Below, in pieces: positions 8,967-18,288 of a stretch of 48,517 bases of DNA. Origin of the DNA: Candidatus Aminicenantales bacterium (GTDB lineage Bacteria; Acidobacteriota; Aminicenantia; Aminicenantales; Saccharicenantaceae); contig JBEKXF010000023.1 in assembly GCA_049512315.1 (NCBI GenBank), forward strand, positions 1-48,517, in the 5' to 3' direction. Numbering within the stretch: position 1 is the stretch's first letter; each line of letters begins with the position of its first letter. The notes under the pieces are model-generated. The model did no database searches. It was given only the letters and a program-made list of their open reading frames with translations, and had not been told where the DNA came from. The position numbers and the translations under genes were made by a program.

Positions 8967-10076
8967 TCAGACCCGCAGGAAAACCCTCTTCTTATACAAG
9001 AAATAGAGGAACAGCCATTCGAGGGCGACGACGCCCGCCAGGATGATGAGGACGCCCGCCGAGCCCGCGAGCCGGGCCAGCCCCCCGAACAGGAACCTGC
9101 TCGTGGCCTCGAAATCGATCATCCGGCTGCCCAGGTAGATCGTGATCGAGTTCATTCCGATCACCCGGAAAAAGAGAGTCCATTTCCGCACCCCCCAGAC
9201 GTCCACGACCAGGTAAAACAGGGCCAGGAGCAGGAACGACCAGCCGGCGGCGTAGATGTCGAAGGTCGATGTCCAGGCCTTCTTGATGATCGGATACCAG
9301 CCTTTGAGGACGAGGCCCATGGCCACCAAAACGGTCCCTGTCCCGGCGAGGACCAGGGCCTTGCGGGCGCCGCTCCATTTCTCACGGCGCAGGAAACTCC
9401 CGGCCAGGCCCCCCATCAGGGTGACGCTCGTCGCCGAAAGGATGCACAGGATCCCCTCGGGGTCGAAGATCTTGTCGTAGAGCCGCCCCGGCAGGAGGAG
9501 ACGGTCGATGAAGCCGTTGATCGTGCCTTCGGGAGTCAGAACGCCGGCTCCGATCCCGGGGACGGGCACCAGGAGCTGGATCGCCGCATAGCCGCCGAGG
9601 ATCCCCGCCAGTGCGGCCAGCCGGCCCTTGAAGCTCCTGACGTTCAGCATGATGAGGGCGGCGAAGAGATAGGCCAGTCCGATCTGCCCGAGGACGCTCG
9701 CGTAACGCTGGTTCGCGAAGTCCAGGTCGAGCAGGTGGTTGTAGACGAACCCCAGAAAGACGAGCAGGAGGGCCCGCCGGACGAGCTTGAGGTAGACGCC
9801 GCGCTTGTCGGCGCCGCTCTCGGCCTTGGTCAGCAGGGAATAGGGGATGGCCACGCCGGAAATGAACATGAAGAGGGGGAAGATGAGATCATAGAAATGA
9901 AAACCCTGCCATTCGGCGTGTTCGAGCTGGGCCGCCAGGACCGCGGCGGAGCCCCAGCTCGTGACCTTGGCCAGCGCCCGGAAAAAGGCATCGCCGCCGA
10001 TGATCCAGAACATGTCGAACCCCCGGAGCGTATCCAGGGCCAAAAGGCGCGGTTTGGACTGAACGGATGATTTCAT
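8967..10076 (-). CDS. HGSNAT/DUF5009-like membrane acyltransferase
   Basis: RLLALDTLRGFDM, DLIFPLFMFISG, DPEGIL, PIIKKAWTS, GMNSITIY; multiple TM helices. ATG 10076 chosen because a promoter lies directly upstream. Confidence 0.85.
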   Translation of the reverse strand: MKSSVQSKPRLLALDTLRGFDMFWIIGGDAFFRALAKVTSWGSAAVLAAQLEHAEWQGFHFYDLIFPLFMFISGVAIPYSLLTKAESGADKRGVYLKLVRRALLLVFLGFVYNHLLDLDFANQRYASVLGQIGLAYLFAALIMLNVRSFKGRLAALAGILGGYAAIQLLVPVPGIGAGVLTPEGTINGFIDRLLLPGRLYDKIFDPEGILCILSATSVTLMGGLAGSFLRREKWSGARKALVLAGTGTVLVAMGLVLKGWYPIIKKAWTSTFDIYAAGWSFLLLALFYLVVDVWGVRKWTLFFRVIGMNSITIYLGSRMIDFEATSRFLFGGLARLAGSAGVLIILAGVVALEWLFLYFLYKKRVFLRV

Positions 10077-10176
10077 GCCGCGATGATATTTATTTCCCGG
10101 TGGCCCTGTCAAGGCGCCGCGTCATGATGGAAGATGTCCCTTGGAGCCGCGCCACCTTGTTTGCTATAATCCCGCC

Positions 10177-11001
10177 ATGGCCGAGCTCGTCGGAACGGAC
10201 ATCCTTTACCGGAAATGGGAGGCGACGCCTCCGGCCGCGTCCCCCGAAGCCGTCTTTCTCCTCGTCCACGGCCTCGGCGCCCACACCGCCCGCTGGGATT
10301 TCCTGGCCGGCTTCCTGGCCCGGAACGGCTTCTCCTCTTACGGCCTCGAGCTCCGGGGGTTCGGCCGGACGCCCGAGAGGCCCCGGGGGCACGTCGACTC
10401 CCTCCGCGTCTGGGAGCAGGACGTCCTGAAGCTCGGCGAGACCGCGGCCAGGGAAAACCCGGGGCGCAGGATCTTCGTCCTCGGCGAAAGCCTGGGCGGC
10501 CTCCTCGCCTTCAACCTGGCCTGCCGCCATCCAGAAGCCTTCGCCGGCCAGGTCCTCATCTCTCCGGCCTTCAAGAGCGCGATGAAGTTCCCCGCCGCGG
10601 CGTATCTGAAGCTCGTAGCCTTAATCGCGATCAAGCCTGAGACGACGATCCCGGTCCCGTTCACGTCGGCCATGTGCACCCGCGACGCCGCGTACCAGGC
10701 TGTCATGGACGCGAATCCCGACGAGTTGCGCGTGGCCAGTCTGAAATGCCTGTTCGGCACGCTGCACGCGCAAAGCGAGGCGAAGCGGCTGGCGGGAGAG
10801 CTTCGCGTCCCCTCCCTGTTCCTGATCTCAGGAACGGACCTCCTGGTCGACGAGCGGGCCGGCCGGAAGCTGTTCCGGAAGCTCGCGCTTGAAGACAAGA
10901 CGATCCTCGAATACCCGGAGATGCTCCACGCCCTGTCCATCGACCTCGGCCGGGAGCAGGTGTTCCGGGACATCCTTGCCTGGGCCGAAAAGAGGGCCTG
11001 A
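10177..11001 (+). CDS. Alpha/beta hydrolase, lysophospholipase / monoacylglycerol lipase family
   Basis: LVHGLGAH, LRGFGRT...RGHV, nucleophile elbow GESLGG, catalytic Asp/His in DLLVD and MLHAL. Confidence 0.88.
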   Translation: MAELVGTDILYRKWEATPPAASPEAVFLLVHGLGAHTARWDFLAGFLARNGFSSYGLELRGFGRTPERPRGHVDSLRVWEQDVLKLGETAARENPGRRIFVLGESLGGLLAFNLACRHPEAFAGQVLISPAFKSAMKFPAAAYLKLVALIAIKPETTIPVPFTSAMCTRDAAYQAVMDANPDELRVASLKCLFGTLHAQSEAKRLAGELRVPSLFLISGTDLLVDERAGRKLFRKLALEDKTILEYPEMLHALSIDLGREQVFRDILAWAEKRA

Positions 11002-11002
11002 G

Positions 11003-12478
11003 ATGGACCACGTCCTGGCCATCGATCAGGGAACGACGGGCAGCCGGGCGATCGTCTACGACCGGCGGGGCCGGGAGGTCGCGGCCGCTTACGAGGAATT
11101 CCCCCAGTATTTTCCGCGGCCCGGGTGGGTCGAGCATGACCCCGAGGAGATCTGGCGGAGCGTCGATCGGACCATTCAGAAGGTTCTCGCCCGGGTCCCC
11201 GGCTCTTCGATCGCGGCCATCGGCGTCACCAACCAGAGGGAAACGGCCGTCGTCTGGGACAGGAGGACGGGCCGCCCCGTCCGGAACGCGATCGTCTGGC
11301 AGTGCCGGAGGACGGCCGACCGCTGCCGCGAGCTCAGAAAAGACCCGGGGACGGTCGCCCTGATCCGGAAAAAGACGGGGCTCCCGGTCGATGCCTATTT
11401 TTCGGCGACCAAGACGGAGTGGATCCTCGGGCGCGAGCGCTTGAAGGCCAGGGCGAGAAGCGGCCGTCTCGCGTTCGGCAACACGGACGCCTGGGTCCTG
11501 TGGAAGCTCACCGGCGGCCGGAGCCATGCCACCGATTACACCAACGCCTCGCGGACCATGCTCTTCGACATTGACAGATTGCGCTGGGACGACGACCTCC
11601 TCTATCTCTTCGGCATCCCCGGGGCCATCCTGCCCGAAGCCTTGCCTTCGACGGGCGAGTTCGGCCGGACGGTGAAGACCGGCCGGCTCCCAGCCGGGAT
11701 CCCGATTACCGGCATGGCCGGCGACCAGCAGGCCGCGCTCTTCGGCCAGGCCTGCTTCGAGCCGGGGATGACCAAGAACACGTACGGCACGGGCTCCTTC
11801 ATCATCCTCAACACCGGCCGTCAACGGGTCGATTCGCGACACGGCCTGATCACGACGATCGCCTGCGGCCCGGAGGGGAAGGTCGCCTATGCCCTGGAGG
11901 GCTCCGTCTTCGTTGCCGGGGCGGCCATCCAGTGGCTTCGCGATGGGCTCGGCCTGCTCCGGACGTCCGCCGAATCGGAGGCCATGGCCCAAGCGGCGGG
12001 GGACAACGCTGGCGTCTATTTCGTCCCGGCCTTCGTCGGGCTCGGCGCCCCATATTGGGATGCGGAGGCGCGGGGGACGATCGTCGGGCTGACCCGCGGC
12101 GCCGGAAAGAACCACCTGGTCCGGGCCGGCCTGGAGGCCATGGCCTACTCAACGCGCGACGTCCTGGAGACCATGAGGCTGGATTCGGGGCTCGAGATCC
12201 CGGAGCTCCGGGTCGACGGGGGAGCGGCCGCCAACGATTTTCTCTGCCGGTTCCAGGCCGATATCCTCGGCATCCCCGTCCTCAGGCCCCGGACCGTCGA
12301 GACGACCGCGCTCGGCGCCGCCTGCCTCGCCGGCCTCGGCGCGGGCTTCTGGAGCGGCCCGGACGAGATCCGGCGATTCTGGTCCCTTGACCGGAAGTTC
12401 GCGCCTTCCATGAAAGAGGAGCGAGCCCGGAGGCTCTACCAGGGCTGGCAGGAGGCTGTCCGGAAAACCCTGGCCTGA
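11003..12478 (+). CDS. glpK: Glycerol kinase
   Basis: LAIDQGTTGSR, TNQRET, IVWQCRRT, TDYTNASRT, GDQQAALFGQ, KNTYGTG, RVDGG, ETTALGA. Confidence 0.96.
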   Translation: MDHVLAIDQGTTGSRAIVYDRRGREVAAAYEEFPQYFPRPGWVEHDPEEIWRSVDRTIQKVLARVPGSSIAAIGVTNQRETAVVWDRRTGRPVRNAIVWQCRRTADRCRELRKDPGTVALIRKKTGLPVDAYFSATKTEWILGRERLKARARSGRLAFGNTDAWVLWKLTGGRSHATDYTNASRTMLFDIDRLRWDDDLLYLFGIPGAILPEALPSTGEFGRTVKTGRLPAGIPITGMAGDQQAALFGQACFEPGMTKNTYGTGSFIILNTGRQRVDSRHGLITTIACGPEGKVAYALEGSVFVAGAAIQWLRDGLGLLRTSAESEAMAQAAGDNAGVYFVPAFVGLGAPYWDAEARGTIVGLTRGAGKNHLVRAGLEAMAYSTRDVLETMRLDSGLEIPELRVDGGAAANDFLCRFQADILGIPVLRPRTVETTALGAACLAGLGAGFWSGPDEIRRFWSLDRKFAPSMKEERARRLYQGWQEAVRKTLA

Positions 12479-12625
12479 ACCGCGCATTTTCCTCACGGCC
12501 CCATCCTCCGCCGCGTCCGCGACCCGGAGAAAACCCTTCCAGGTGGCGAAATTTCGTCCCATAAACTATAATAGTGATAAATTCACCAGCCATTGAACGG
12601 ACAGGCTTTCAAAAAGGAGGGACGG

Positions 12626-13393
12626 ATGAAAAAGAAAGTGTTTCCAGGAATGAGGATCATTGTCTCCTTTCTGGCCTTGGCCGTCCTGTGCGGGGGCACG
12701 TTCCTTGCCGCCGGACAGGACAAAAGCTCCGACGCCGCCGTGCAGGGCCGGATCGAGGGGAAATTCAAGCAGCATGGCCTCCTCGTCGGCAACGACATCC
12801 AGGTGTCCATCGGGGACAAGACCGTTACCCTGAGCGGGACAGTCCGGACCCTGGCCCAGAAAGACCAGGCCGGACGCGACGCCCTTTCCGCGGCCAAAGG
12901 ATACAAGATCGTGAACAGCATCGCCCTGGCCGAGGCGGGCCGTTCGCTCCAGCAGATCGGCGAGGGAATCATGTCGGGGATCGAAACGAGTACCTCTTAC
13001 GTCATTTTCGATCTCGTCGGCGTGGCGGTCTCCGACCAGCGGGTGGCCACGCTCAAGGGCTGGGTGTACTACCCCTGGCACGCCGCTGAATTCGTCAAGA
13101 TCGCGGCGGCCCAACCGGGAGTCGTGAAGGTCGAGAACGAGATCAAGCCCCTCCTGGCGACGGACATGGACAGCTCGCTCCGCCTCCAGATCGCCCGCCT
13201 GATCTACACCCGCCCGACCGGTCCGAGCTTCGCCCGGATGAACGGCCGCGTCCACATCATCGTTTTCAACACCGTCGTGACCCTGGGCGGGACGGTCGAC
13301 AAGGAATCGGACATCGACAGCTACGAGCGGCTCATCCGCTCCAGCGTGCCGTCGGTCAGCGTGGTCAACGCGCTCCAGGTGAAGAAGAGATAG
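12626..13393 (+). CDS. Periplasmic BON-domain protein (three BON domains)
   Basis: Signal peptide; three repeats with VTLSGTV / ATLKGWV / VTLGGTV...V.N.L; SD AAGGAGG; TATAAT at 12567. Confidence 0.85.
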   Translation: MKKKVFPGMRIIVSFLALAVLCGGTFLAAGQDKSSDAAVQGRIEGKFKQHGLLVGNDIQVSIGDKTVTLSGTVRTLAQKDQAGRDALSAAKGYKIVNSIALAEAGRSLQQIGEGIMSGIETSTSYVIFDLVGVAVSDQRVATLKGWVYYPWHAAEFVKIAAAQPGVVKVENEIKPLLATDMDSSLRLQIARLIYTRPTGPSFARMNGRVHIIVFNTVVTLGGTVDKESDIDSYERLIRSSVPSVSVVNALQVKKR

Positions 13394-13407
13394 CGGGCCG
13401 GAGGACC

Positions 13408-13974
13408 ATGGCTTCCCCCAGACCGAGCTATGTCAGGGAATATATCGCCGACAAGGACGTCGGCGCGCTGCACCCGAGCTCCCGCTTCCTCGTCCGGCGG
13501 CTCATCCGCTGCCTGCGCCCCGCGTCGATCAGGACCATTGTCGAATTCGGCCCCGGCCCGGGGGTCGTGACGCGTCCCCTCCTCGACGCTCTCTCCCCGG
13601 GGGCCCGCTACATCGCCATCGAAAAGAACCCCGCCTTCCTGGCCGCCCTGAAGTCGTCGATCTCCGACCCCCGCCTGCGAGTGGTCGAGGGCGACGCGTG
13701 CTCGGTCCGGGAGATCCTCGCGTCGGAGGGAGTCGCGGCCGCCGACGCGGTCATCGCCAGCATCCCTTTTTCGTTCCTGACGAAGGACCAGCGCGTGGGG
13801 CTGGTCGACGCCGTCGAGTCGCTTCTCGCCGACGACGGTGACTTCGTGATCTTCCACCAGTTTAGCCCCATGATGCGCTCCCTGGCGAGGAAGCGCTTTC
13901 CCCAAGTCAGGGTCTTGTTCGAGCCGCGGAACATCATGCCCTGCTTCCTGCTCCACTGCCGGAAAAAAGCCTGA
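13408..13974 (+). CDS. Class I SAM-dependent methyltransferase, phospholipid/ornithine-lipid N-methyltransferase-like
   Basis: VGALHPSSRFL, IVEFGPGPGVVT, AIEKN, VVEGDA, VIASIPF. Confidence 0.8.
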   Translation: MASPRPSYVREYIADKDVGALHPSSRFLVRRLIRCLRPASIRTIVEFGPGPGVVTRPLLDALSPGARYIAIEKNPAFLAALKSSISDPRLRVVEGDACSVREILASEGVAAADAVIASIPFSFLTKDQRVGLVDAVESLLADDGDFVIFHQFSPMMRSLARKRFPQVRVLFEPRNIMPCFLLHCRKKA

Positions 13975-14002
13975 CGGTCGCCCCGCCGGGACGGCCGAGA
14001 CT

Positions 14003-14058
14003 CTGAAAATCCCTTCAGAAAAAGTTCAGTGGCGGGATCCCCTGCCCGGTGCTATATT
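14003..14058 (+). promoter_or_regulatory. Putative OmpR-family operator and promoter of the two-component operon
   Basis: CTGAA-aatccc-TTCAG (14003-14018), a second TTCAG 11 bp later (14025), and an extended -10 TGcTATATT (14053-14058). Confidence 0.55.
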
Positions 14059-14080
14059 CGGAACGGCTGGAGAGCGCGTT

Positions 14081-14764
14081 TTGAGAATTCTCGTTGTCGA
14101 AGATGAAAAAAAGGTGGCCCTGACCCTTCAAAAGGGCCTGGAGTCGGAACACTATGAGGTCCAGGTCGCCCTGACGGGGGAGGATGGCTTCTTCCTGCTC
14201 AGCGAGCGGCCGTTCGACCTTGTCGTCCTCGACCTCATGCTCCCCGGCCGGGACGGGATCGAGATCCTGCGGGCCCTCCGTAAGACCCATGACCGGACGC
14301 CGGTCCTGATCCTGACGGCCAGGGACACGATCGAGGACAAGATCCTCGGCCTAGACCTCGGCGCCGACGATTACCTTGTCAAGCCGTTCGCCTTTCCCGA
14401 GCTCTCGGCCAGGATCCGGGCCCTGCTGAGGAGGGGCCGGAGCGATCAGGTCCTGAAACTGAAGCTGGCCGACCTCGAGATGGACCTGGTCAAGCACACC
14501 GCAGTCCGCGGCCAACAGCCCCTCCTGCTGACGGCCAGGGAATTCGCGCTCCTCGAATTCCTCCTGCGCCATCAGGGCCATGTCGTGACCCGCGACATGC
14601 TGGCCAGGGAGGTCTGGATGGAGACCGAGCGGGCGACGCCTCTGGACAACGTGATCGATGTCCACATCGGACGCCTCCGGAGGAAGATCGACGAACCGTT
14701 CAGGGAGAAGCTCCTGCGCACCGTCCGCGGGGTGGGGTTCATCCTCTCGGAGGAACCCTCGTGA
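14081..14764 (+). CDS. OmpR/CusR-like response regulator
   Basis: RILVVEDE, LDLMLP, LTARD, GADDYLVKPF, NVIDVHIGRLRRKID, RTVRGVG; TTG start. Confidence 0.95.
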   Translation: MRILVVEDEKKVALTLQKGLESEHYEVQVALTGEDGFFLLSERPFDLVVLDLMLPGRDGIEILRALRKTHDRTPVLILTARDTIEDKILGLDLGADDYLVKPFAFPELSARIRALLRRGRSDQVLKLKLADLEMDLVKHTAVRGQQPLLLTAREFALLEFLLRHQGHVVTRDMLAREVWMETERATPLDNVIDVHIGRLRRKIDEPFREKLLRTVRGVGFILSEEPS

Positions 14765-16116
14765 GCCTCCGCCCGGCCAGCGTCCGCGTCCGGCTGACCC
14801 TCTGGTATTCGCTGATCCTGGCGGGGATTATCGTGGTCCTCTCCGTATTCGTTTTCCTTTTCGTCAAGGCCAGCCTCTTCGGCCATCTCAACCGGCAGTT
14901 GGAAAGCGATTTCAAGACCATCTCCCAAGCCTTTCTGGAAGACCCCAATGAGACTCCGGACATCGAGTCCGAAACCGCCGGCAAGATCTTCCGGATCGTC
15001 AAAGCCGGGAAGCTCTTCTATCAGACCCCGGCCTTCGAGAGGTCCGGCCTTTCGTCCGTCGGGCGGGTTCCGTCGGCGGGGATCTCGGCATTCCGGTCTC
15101 CGTCGGGGGCCCGGTTTCGGCTGAAAGCGGGCCCGGCCGGACCTGACGTCTTCCTGATGATGGCCGTGGAAGAAGAGCCCGTGTGGAGGACCCTCCGGAC
15201 CTTGCTGACGATCCTGCTCCTCTCGCTCCCCGTCGCCCTGGCGCTCGCGGCGTTCGGCGGATTCGTGATGGCCGGCCGGCTTCTCCGGCCCGTGACGGCC
15301 ATCTCCGAAAAGGCCGCCAAGATCTCCGCGGAGAGCCTCGCGGCGCGGCTTCCCGTAGAGAACCCGGGGGACGAATTCGGCCGGCTGGCGGGAGTCATGA
15401 ACGGCATGCTCGCCCGCCTGGAAGATGCCTTTGAGCGGCTGAAGCGGTTCACGGCCGACGCGTCCCACGAGCTGAGGACGCCCCTGACCGTCATCCGGAG
15501 CGTCGGCGAGGTTGCCCTCCAGGAGGACCTGGATGCGGCCGCCTACCGCGACCGCATCGGAAGCATGCTCGAGGGAGTGAGCAGATTGACCCGGCTGATC
15601 GAGAACCTGCTGACGCTGACCCGGGCGGACAGCGGTCATGCGGCTCTTGGCCGGACGGAAACCGACGTGACCCGCCTCGTCGAGCGGGCGGTCGAGGACA
15701 TGCGGGCCCTAGCCGAAGAAAAAGGTCAGAAGCTCGTCCTCTCCCTGAAGGAGTCGGCGGTCCTCCGGATCGACGAGGCGACGGTCCGTCTGGCCCTGGT
15801 CAATCTTCTCGATAACGCCATCAAATACACGCCGCCGTCGGGCACCGTGACGGTCGGGTCAAGGGTCCGGGGCTCCGAGTTTCTCATCGAAGTCACGGAC
15901 ACCGGGCCGGGGATCCCCCCGGAGCACCGGGACCTGATCTTCGACAGGTTCTATCGTGTCGAAAAGGACCGGACCAGCCAGACCGGCGGGGCAGGGCTGG
16001 GCCTTTCCATCGCCAAGTGGGCGGCCGAGGTGAATGGCGGCCGCATCGAGCTTGAGATCCGGGAAGGACCGGGCAGCACATTCGCCCTCGGTTTTCCTAT
16101 GGATAAATCAACTTAA
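14761..16116 (+). CDS. Sensor histidine kinase (CusS-like architecture: 2 TM, HAMP, HisKA, HATPase)
   Basis: ADASHELRTPL, NLLDNAIKY, DTGPGI, IFDRFYR, GAGLGLSI. Confidence 0.95.
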   Translation: MSLRPASVRVRLTLWYSLILAGIIVVLSVFVFLFVKASLFGHLNRQLESDFKTISQAFLEDPNETPDIESETAGKIFRIVKAGKLFYQTPAFERSGLSSVGRVPSAGISAFRSPSGARFRLKAGPAGPDVFLMMAVEEEPVWRTLRTLLTILLLSLPVALALAAFGGFVMAGRLLRPVTAISEKAAKISAESLAARLPVENPGDEFGRLAGVMNGMLARLEDAFERLKRFTADASHELRTPLTVIRSVGEVALQEDLDAAAYRDRIGSMLEGVSRLTRLIENLLTLTRADSGHAALGRTETDVTRLVERAVEDMRALAEEKGQKLVLSLKESAVLRIDEATVRLALVNLLDNAIKYTPPSGTVTVGSRVRGSEFLIEVTDTGPGIPPEHRDLIFDRFYRVEKDRTSQTGGAGLGLSIAKWAAEVNGGRIELEIREGPGSTFALGFPMDKST

Positions 16117-16131
16117 GAAACGGAGGTTTTC

Positions 16132-17106
16132 ATGAAACGCGTTTTTAACATGGGCGTCGCGCTGAGCGTGCTCGCTCTCGCTGTCGCCGGGTTCGCCCAG
16201 GAAAAAGCTGGGAAGTCGAAGGTCGAACTGCCCGCGGTCGTCGCCAACGCGATCAAGGCGAACTGCCCGGGCGCCGAGATCGGCTCGATCGATTTGGAGA
16301 AAGAAGCCGGGATAACCCTTTATGACATCGAATTCAAGGCCGGGAAGGGGGAGATCGAGGTGGCCGCGGACGGGACAGTCATGGATATCGCCACGATCAT
16401 CGCGATGAAGGATGTCCCCAAGGCTGCAGCGGAAGCGATCCAGAAGGCCGCTCCCGGGGCCACGGTCAAGCAGATCGAACGATCCGAGGTCCGCGCTGAG
16501 ATCAAGAAGGAAGGCGAGAAGGGGATGCTCGTCAAGCTTGCCAGCCCCCGGTACATCTACGAGGCGGACCTCGTCCAGGGCGGGCAGGAAGCCGAAGTCC
16601 AGGTCGCGCCGGACGGCAAGGTCGTCGAGGCCCCCAAGTGGAAAGCCGTGATGGCCAAGAAGAAGGAAGAGGGGGAAGAGAAAGAGGAGGCCGAGGAAAA
16701 AAGGGAGAAGGAAGAAGCCAAGCCGGCCGCCGTCGACCTCAAGATCCTGCCTCCAGCTGTCCTCAATGCCTTCAAAACGGCCTATCCGCATGCCGTGATC
16801 AAGGGGACCAGCAAGGAGACCGAAAAGGGCGTGACGTATTACGAGGTCGAGAGCGTCGACGGAAAGATGAACCGGGATCTCCTTTACACGGCCGACGGCA
16901 AGGCCGCCGAGATCGAGGAAACCGTCAGCCCTGAGAGCCTGCCCGCCGCCGTCCAGCAGACGCTCGCCAGGGAATTCCCCGGTTCCAAGATCCTCAAGGC
17001 CGAAGCGATGACCAAGGATGGCCAGAAGCTGTTTGAACTGCGGATCCAGGTCAACGACAAGAAGAAGGGCGTGACGATCGACCCCGCCGGGAAGATCATC
17101 CAATAG
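16132..17106 (+). CDS. Periplasmic PepSY-like / BLIP-like repeat protein (four repeats)
   Basis: Signal peptide; repeats LPAVV..AIK..CPGA, VPKAAAEAIQK..PGA, LPPAVLNAFK..YP, LPAAVQQTL..EFPG, each followed by YE...DG; acidic/basic linker. Confidence 0.75.
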   Translation: MKRVFNMGVALSVLALAVAGFAQEKAGKSKVELPAVVANAIKANCPGAEIGSIDLEKEAGITLYDIEFKAGKGEIEVAADGTVMDIATIIAMKDVPKAAAEAIQKAAPGATVKQIERSEVRAEIKKEGEKGMLVKLASPRYIYEADLVQGGQEAEVQVAPDGKVVEAPKWKAVMAKKKEEGEEKEEAEEKREKEEAKPAAVDLKILPPAVLNAFKTAYPHAVIKGTSKETEKGVTYYEVESVDGKMNRDLLYTADGKAAEIEETVSPESLPAAVQQTLAREFPGSKILKAEAMTKDGQKLFELRIQVNDKKKGVTIDPAGKIIQ

Positions 17107-17246
17107 TCCTCTGGCCGTAAAGAAAATAGAGATGGCCTGAATGGCCGCATTGGAAAATGCTCAGCCATGAAGGCCGTCAGCCCCTTAAGAGGTTATAGTT
17201 CGAAACGGACGATTGGGAGTAAAATATGAAAAGAGGTAAACAAGAA

Positions 17247-18281
17247 ATGAGATCCTTACGGGTCGGTCTGGTCGTTCTTTTGGTATTGGCGATGGCGAGC
17301 TTTGCGGCCGCGCAGGCGCAGAAGCCGGCCGGTTATCACCTGCTCAAGAAGCACATGCTCGGTGGCGAGGGCGGCTGGGATTACCTGGCCCTCGACGTCA
17401 CGGCGCGCCTGCTTTACGTGACGCACGGCAACGCCGTCGAGATCCTGAACGTCGACACCGGCGTCAAGGGAGAGGCGATCACCAATCTTAAGGGTGTTCA
17501 CGGCGTGGCTTTCGCCCAGGATAAGGGCCGGGGATACATCTCCAACGGGCGGGGCAACGGCGTGTCCGTCTTCGACCTCAAGACGCACAAGGTCCTGGAA
17601 GAAGTTCCGTCGACGGGGCAGAATCCCGACGCCATCCTGTACGACGCCTTCTCGGACCGGGTCTTTACCTTCAACGGCCGGACCGCGAACGCGACGGCCA
17701 TCGACGCGGCCACGAACAAAGCCCTCGGGACCGTGGACATCGGCGGCAAGCCCGAATTCGCCGTCACGGACGGCAAGGGCACGATCTTCGTCAACAGCGA
17801 GGACAAGAACGAAATCGTCGCTTTTGATGCCAAATCTCTCCAGATCAAGAAGAGATGGTCGATCGCACCGGCCTCCGGGCCGAGCGGACTGGCCATCGAC
17901 CTCAAGGGGAAGCGGCTGTTCAGCGTCTGCGACAAGGTGATGGTCGTGTCGGATTTCGAGAACGGGAAAGTCGTGACGACCGTCCCGATCGGGGGCGGCC
18001 CGGACGCGGTCCGCTTTGACCCCGAGACCGGCCTGGTCTTTTCCTCCAACGGCGATGGGACGATGACCGTCGTCAAGCAGGAATCGGCCGACAAGTACAG
18101 CGTTCTTGAAACCGTGACCACGGCCCCGCGCGCCCGGACCATGGAGCTGGATCCCAAGACCCACCACGTTTTCCTGGTGACGGCGGAATTCGGCCCGGCC
18201 CCGGCGCCGACGAAAGAGCAGCCGCGGCCCCGGCCGACCATTGTCCCAGGCACGTTTACGGTGCTGGAATTCGGAAAATAG
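17247..18281 (+). CDS. YncE-family (YVTN-like) secreted beta-propeller
   Basis: GGEGGWDYL, GVHGVA, NPDAILYD, GKPEFAV.DGKG, PSGLAID, ARTMELD. The start may be 17226. Confidence 0.85.
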   Translation: MRSLRVGLVVLLVLAMASFAAAQAQKPAGYHLLKKHMLGGEGGWDYLALDVTARLLYVTHGNAVEILNVDTGVKGEAITNLKGVHGVAFAQDKGRGYISNGRGNGVSVFDLKTHKVLEEVPSTGQNPDAILYDAFSDRVFTFNGRTANATAIDAATNKALGTVDIGGKPEFAVTDGKGTIFVNSEDKNEIVAFDAKSLQIKKRWSIAPASGPSGLAIDLKGKRLFSVCDKVMVVSDFENGKVVTTVPIGGGPDAVRFDPETGLVFSSNGDGTMTVVKQESADKYSVLETVTTAPRARTMELDPKTHHVFLVTAEFGPAPAPTKEQPRPRPTIVPGTFTVLEFGK

Positions 18282-18288
18282 GTTCCGG

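Noticed and set aside
17107..17246. Additional CTGAA-N6-TTCAG operator upstream of the YncE-like gene
   Set aside because: Only partial half-sites with wrong spacing (ATGAA-N5-TCAG).
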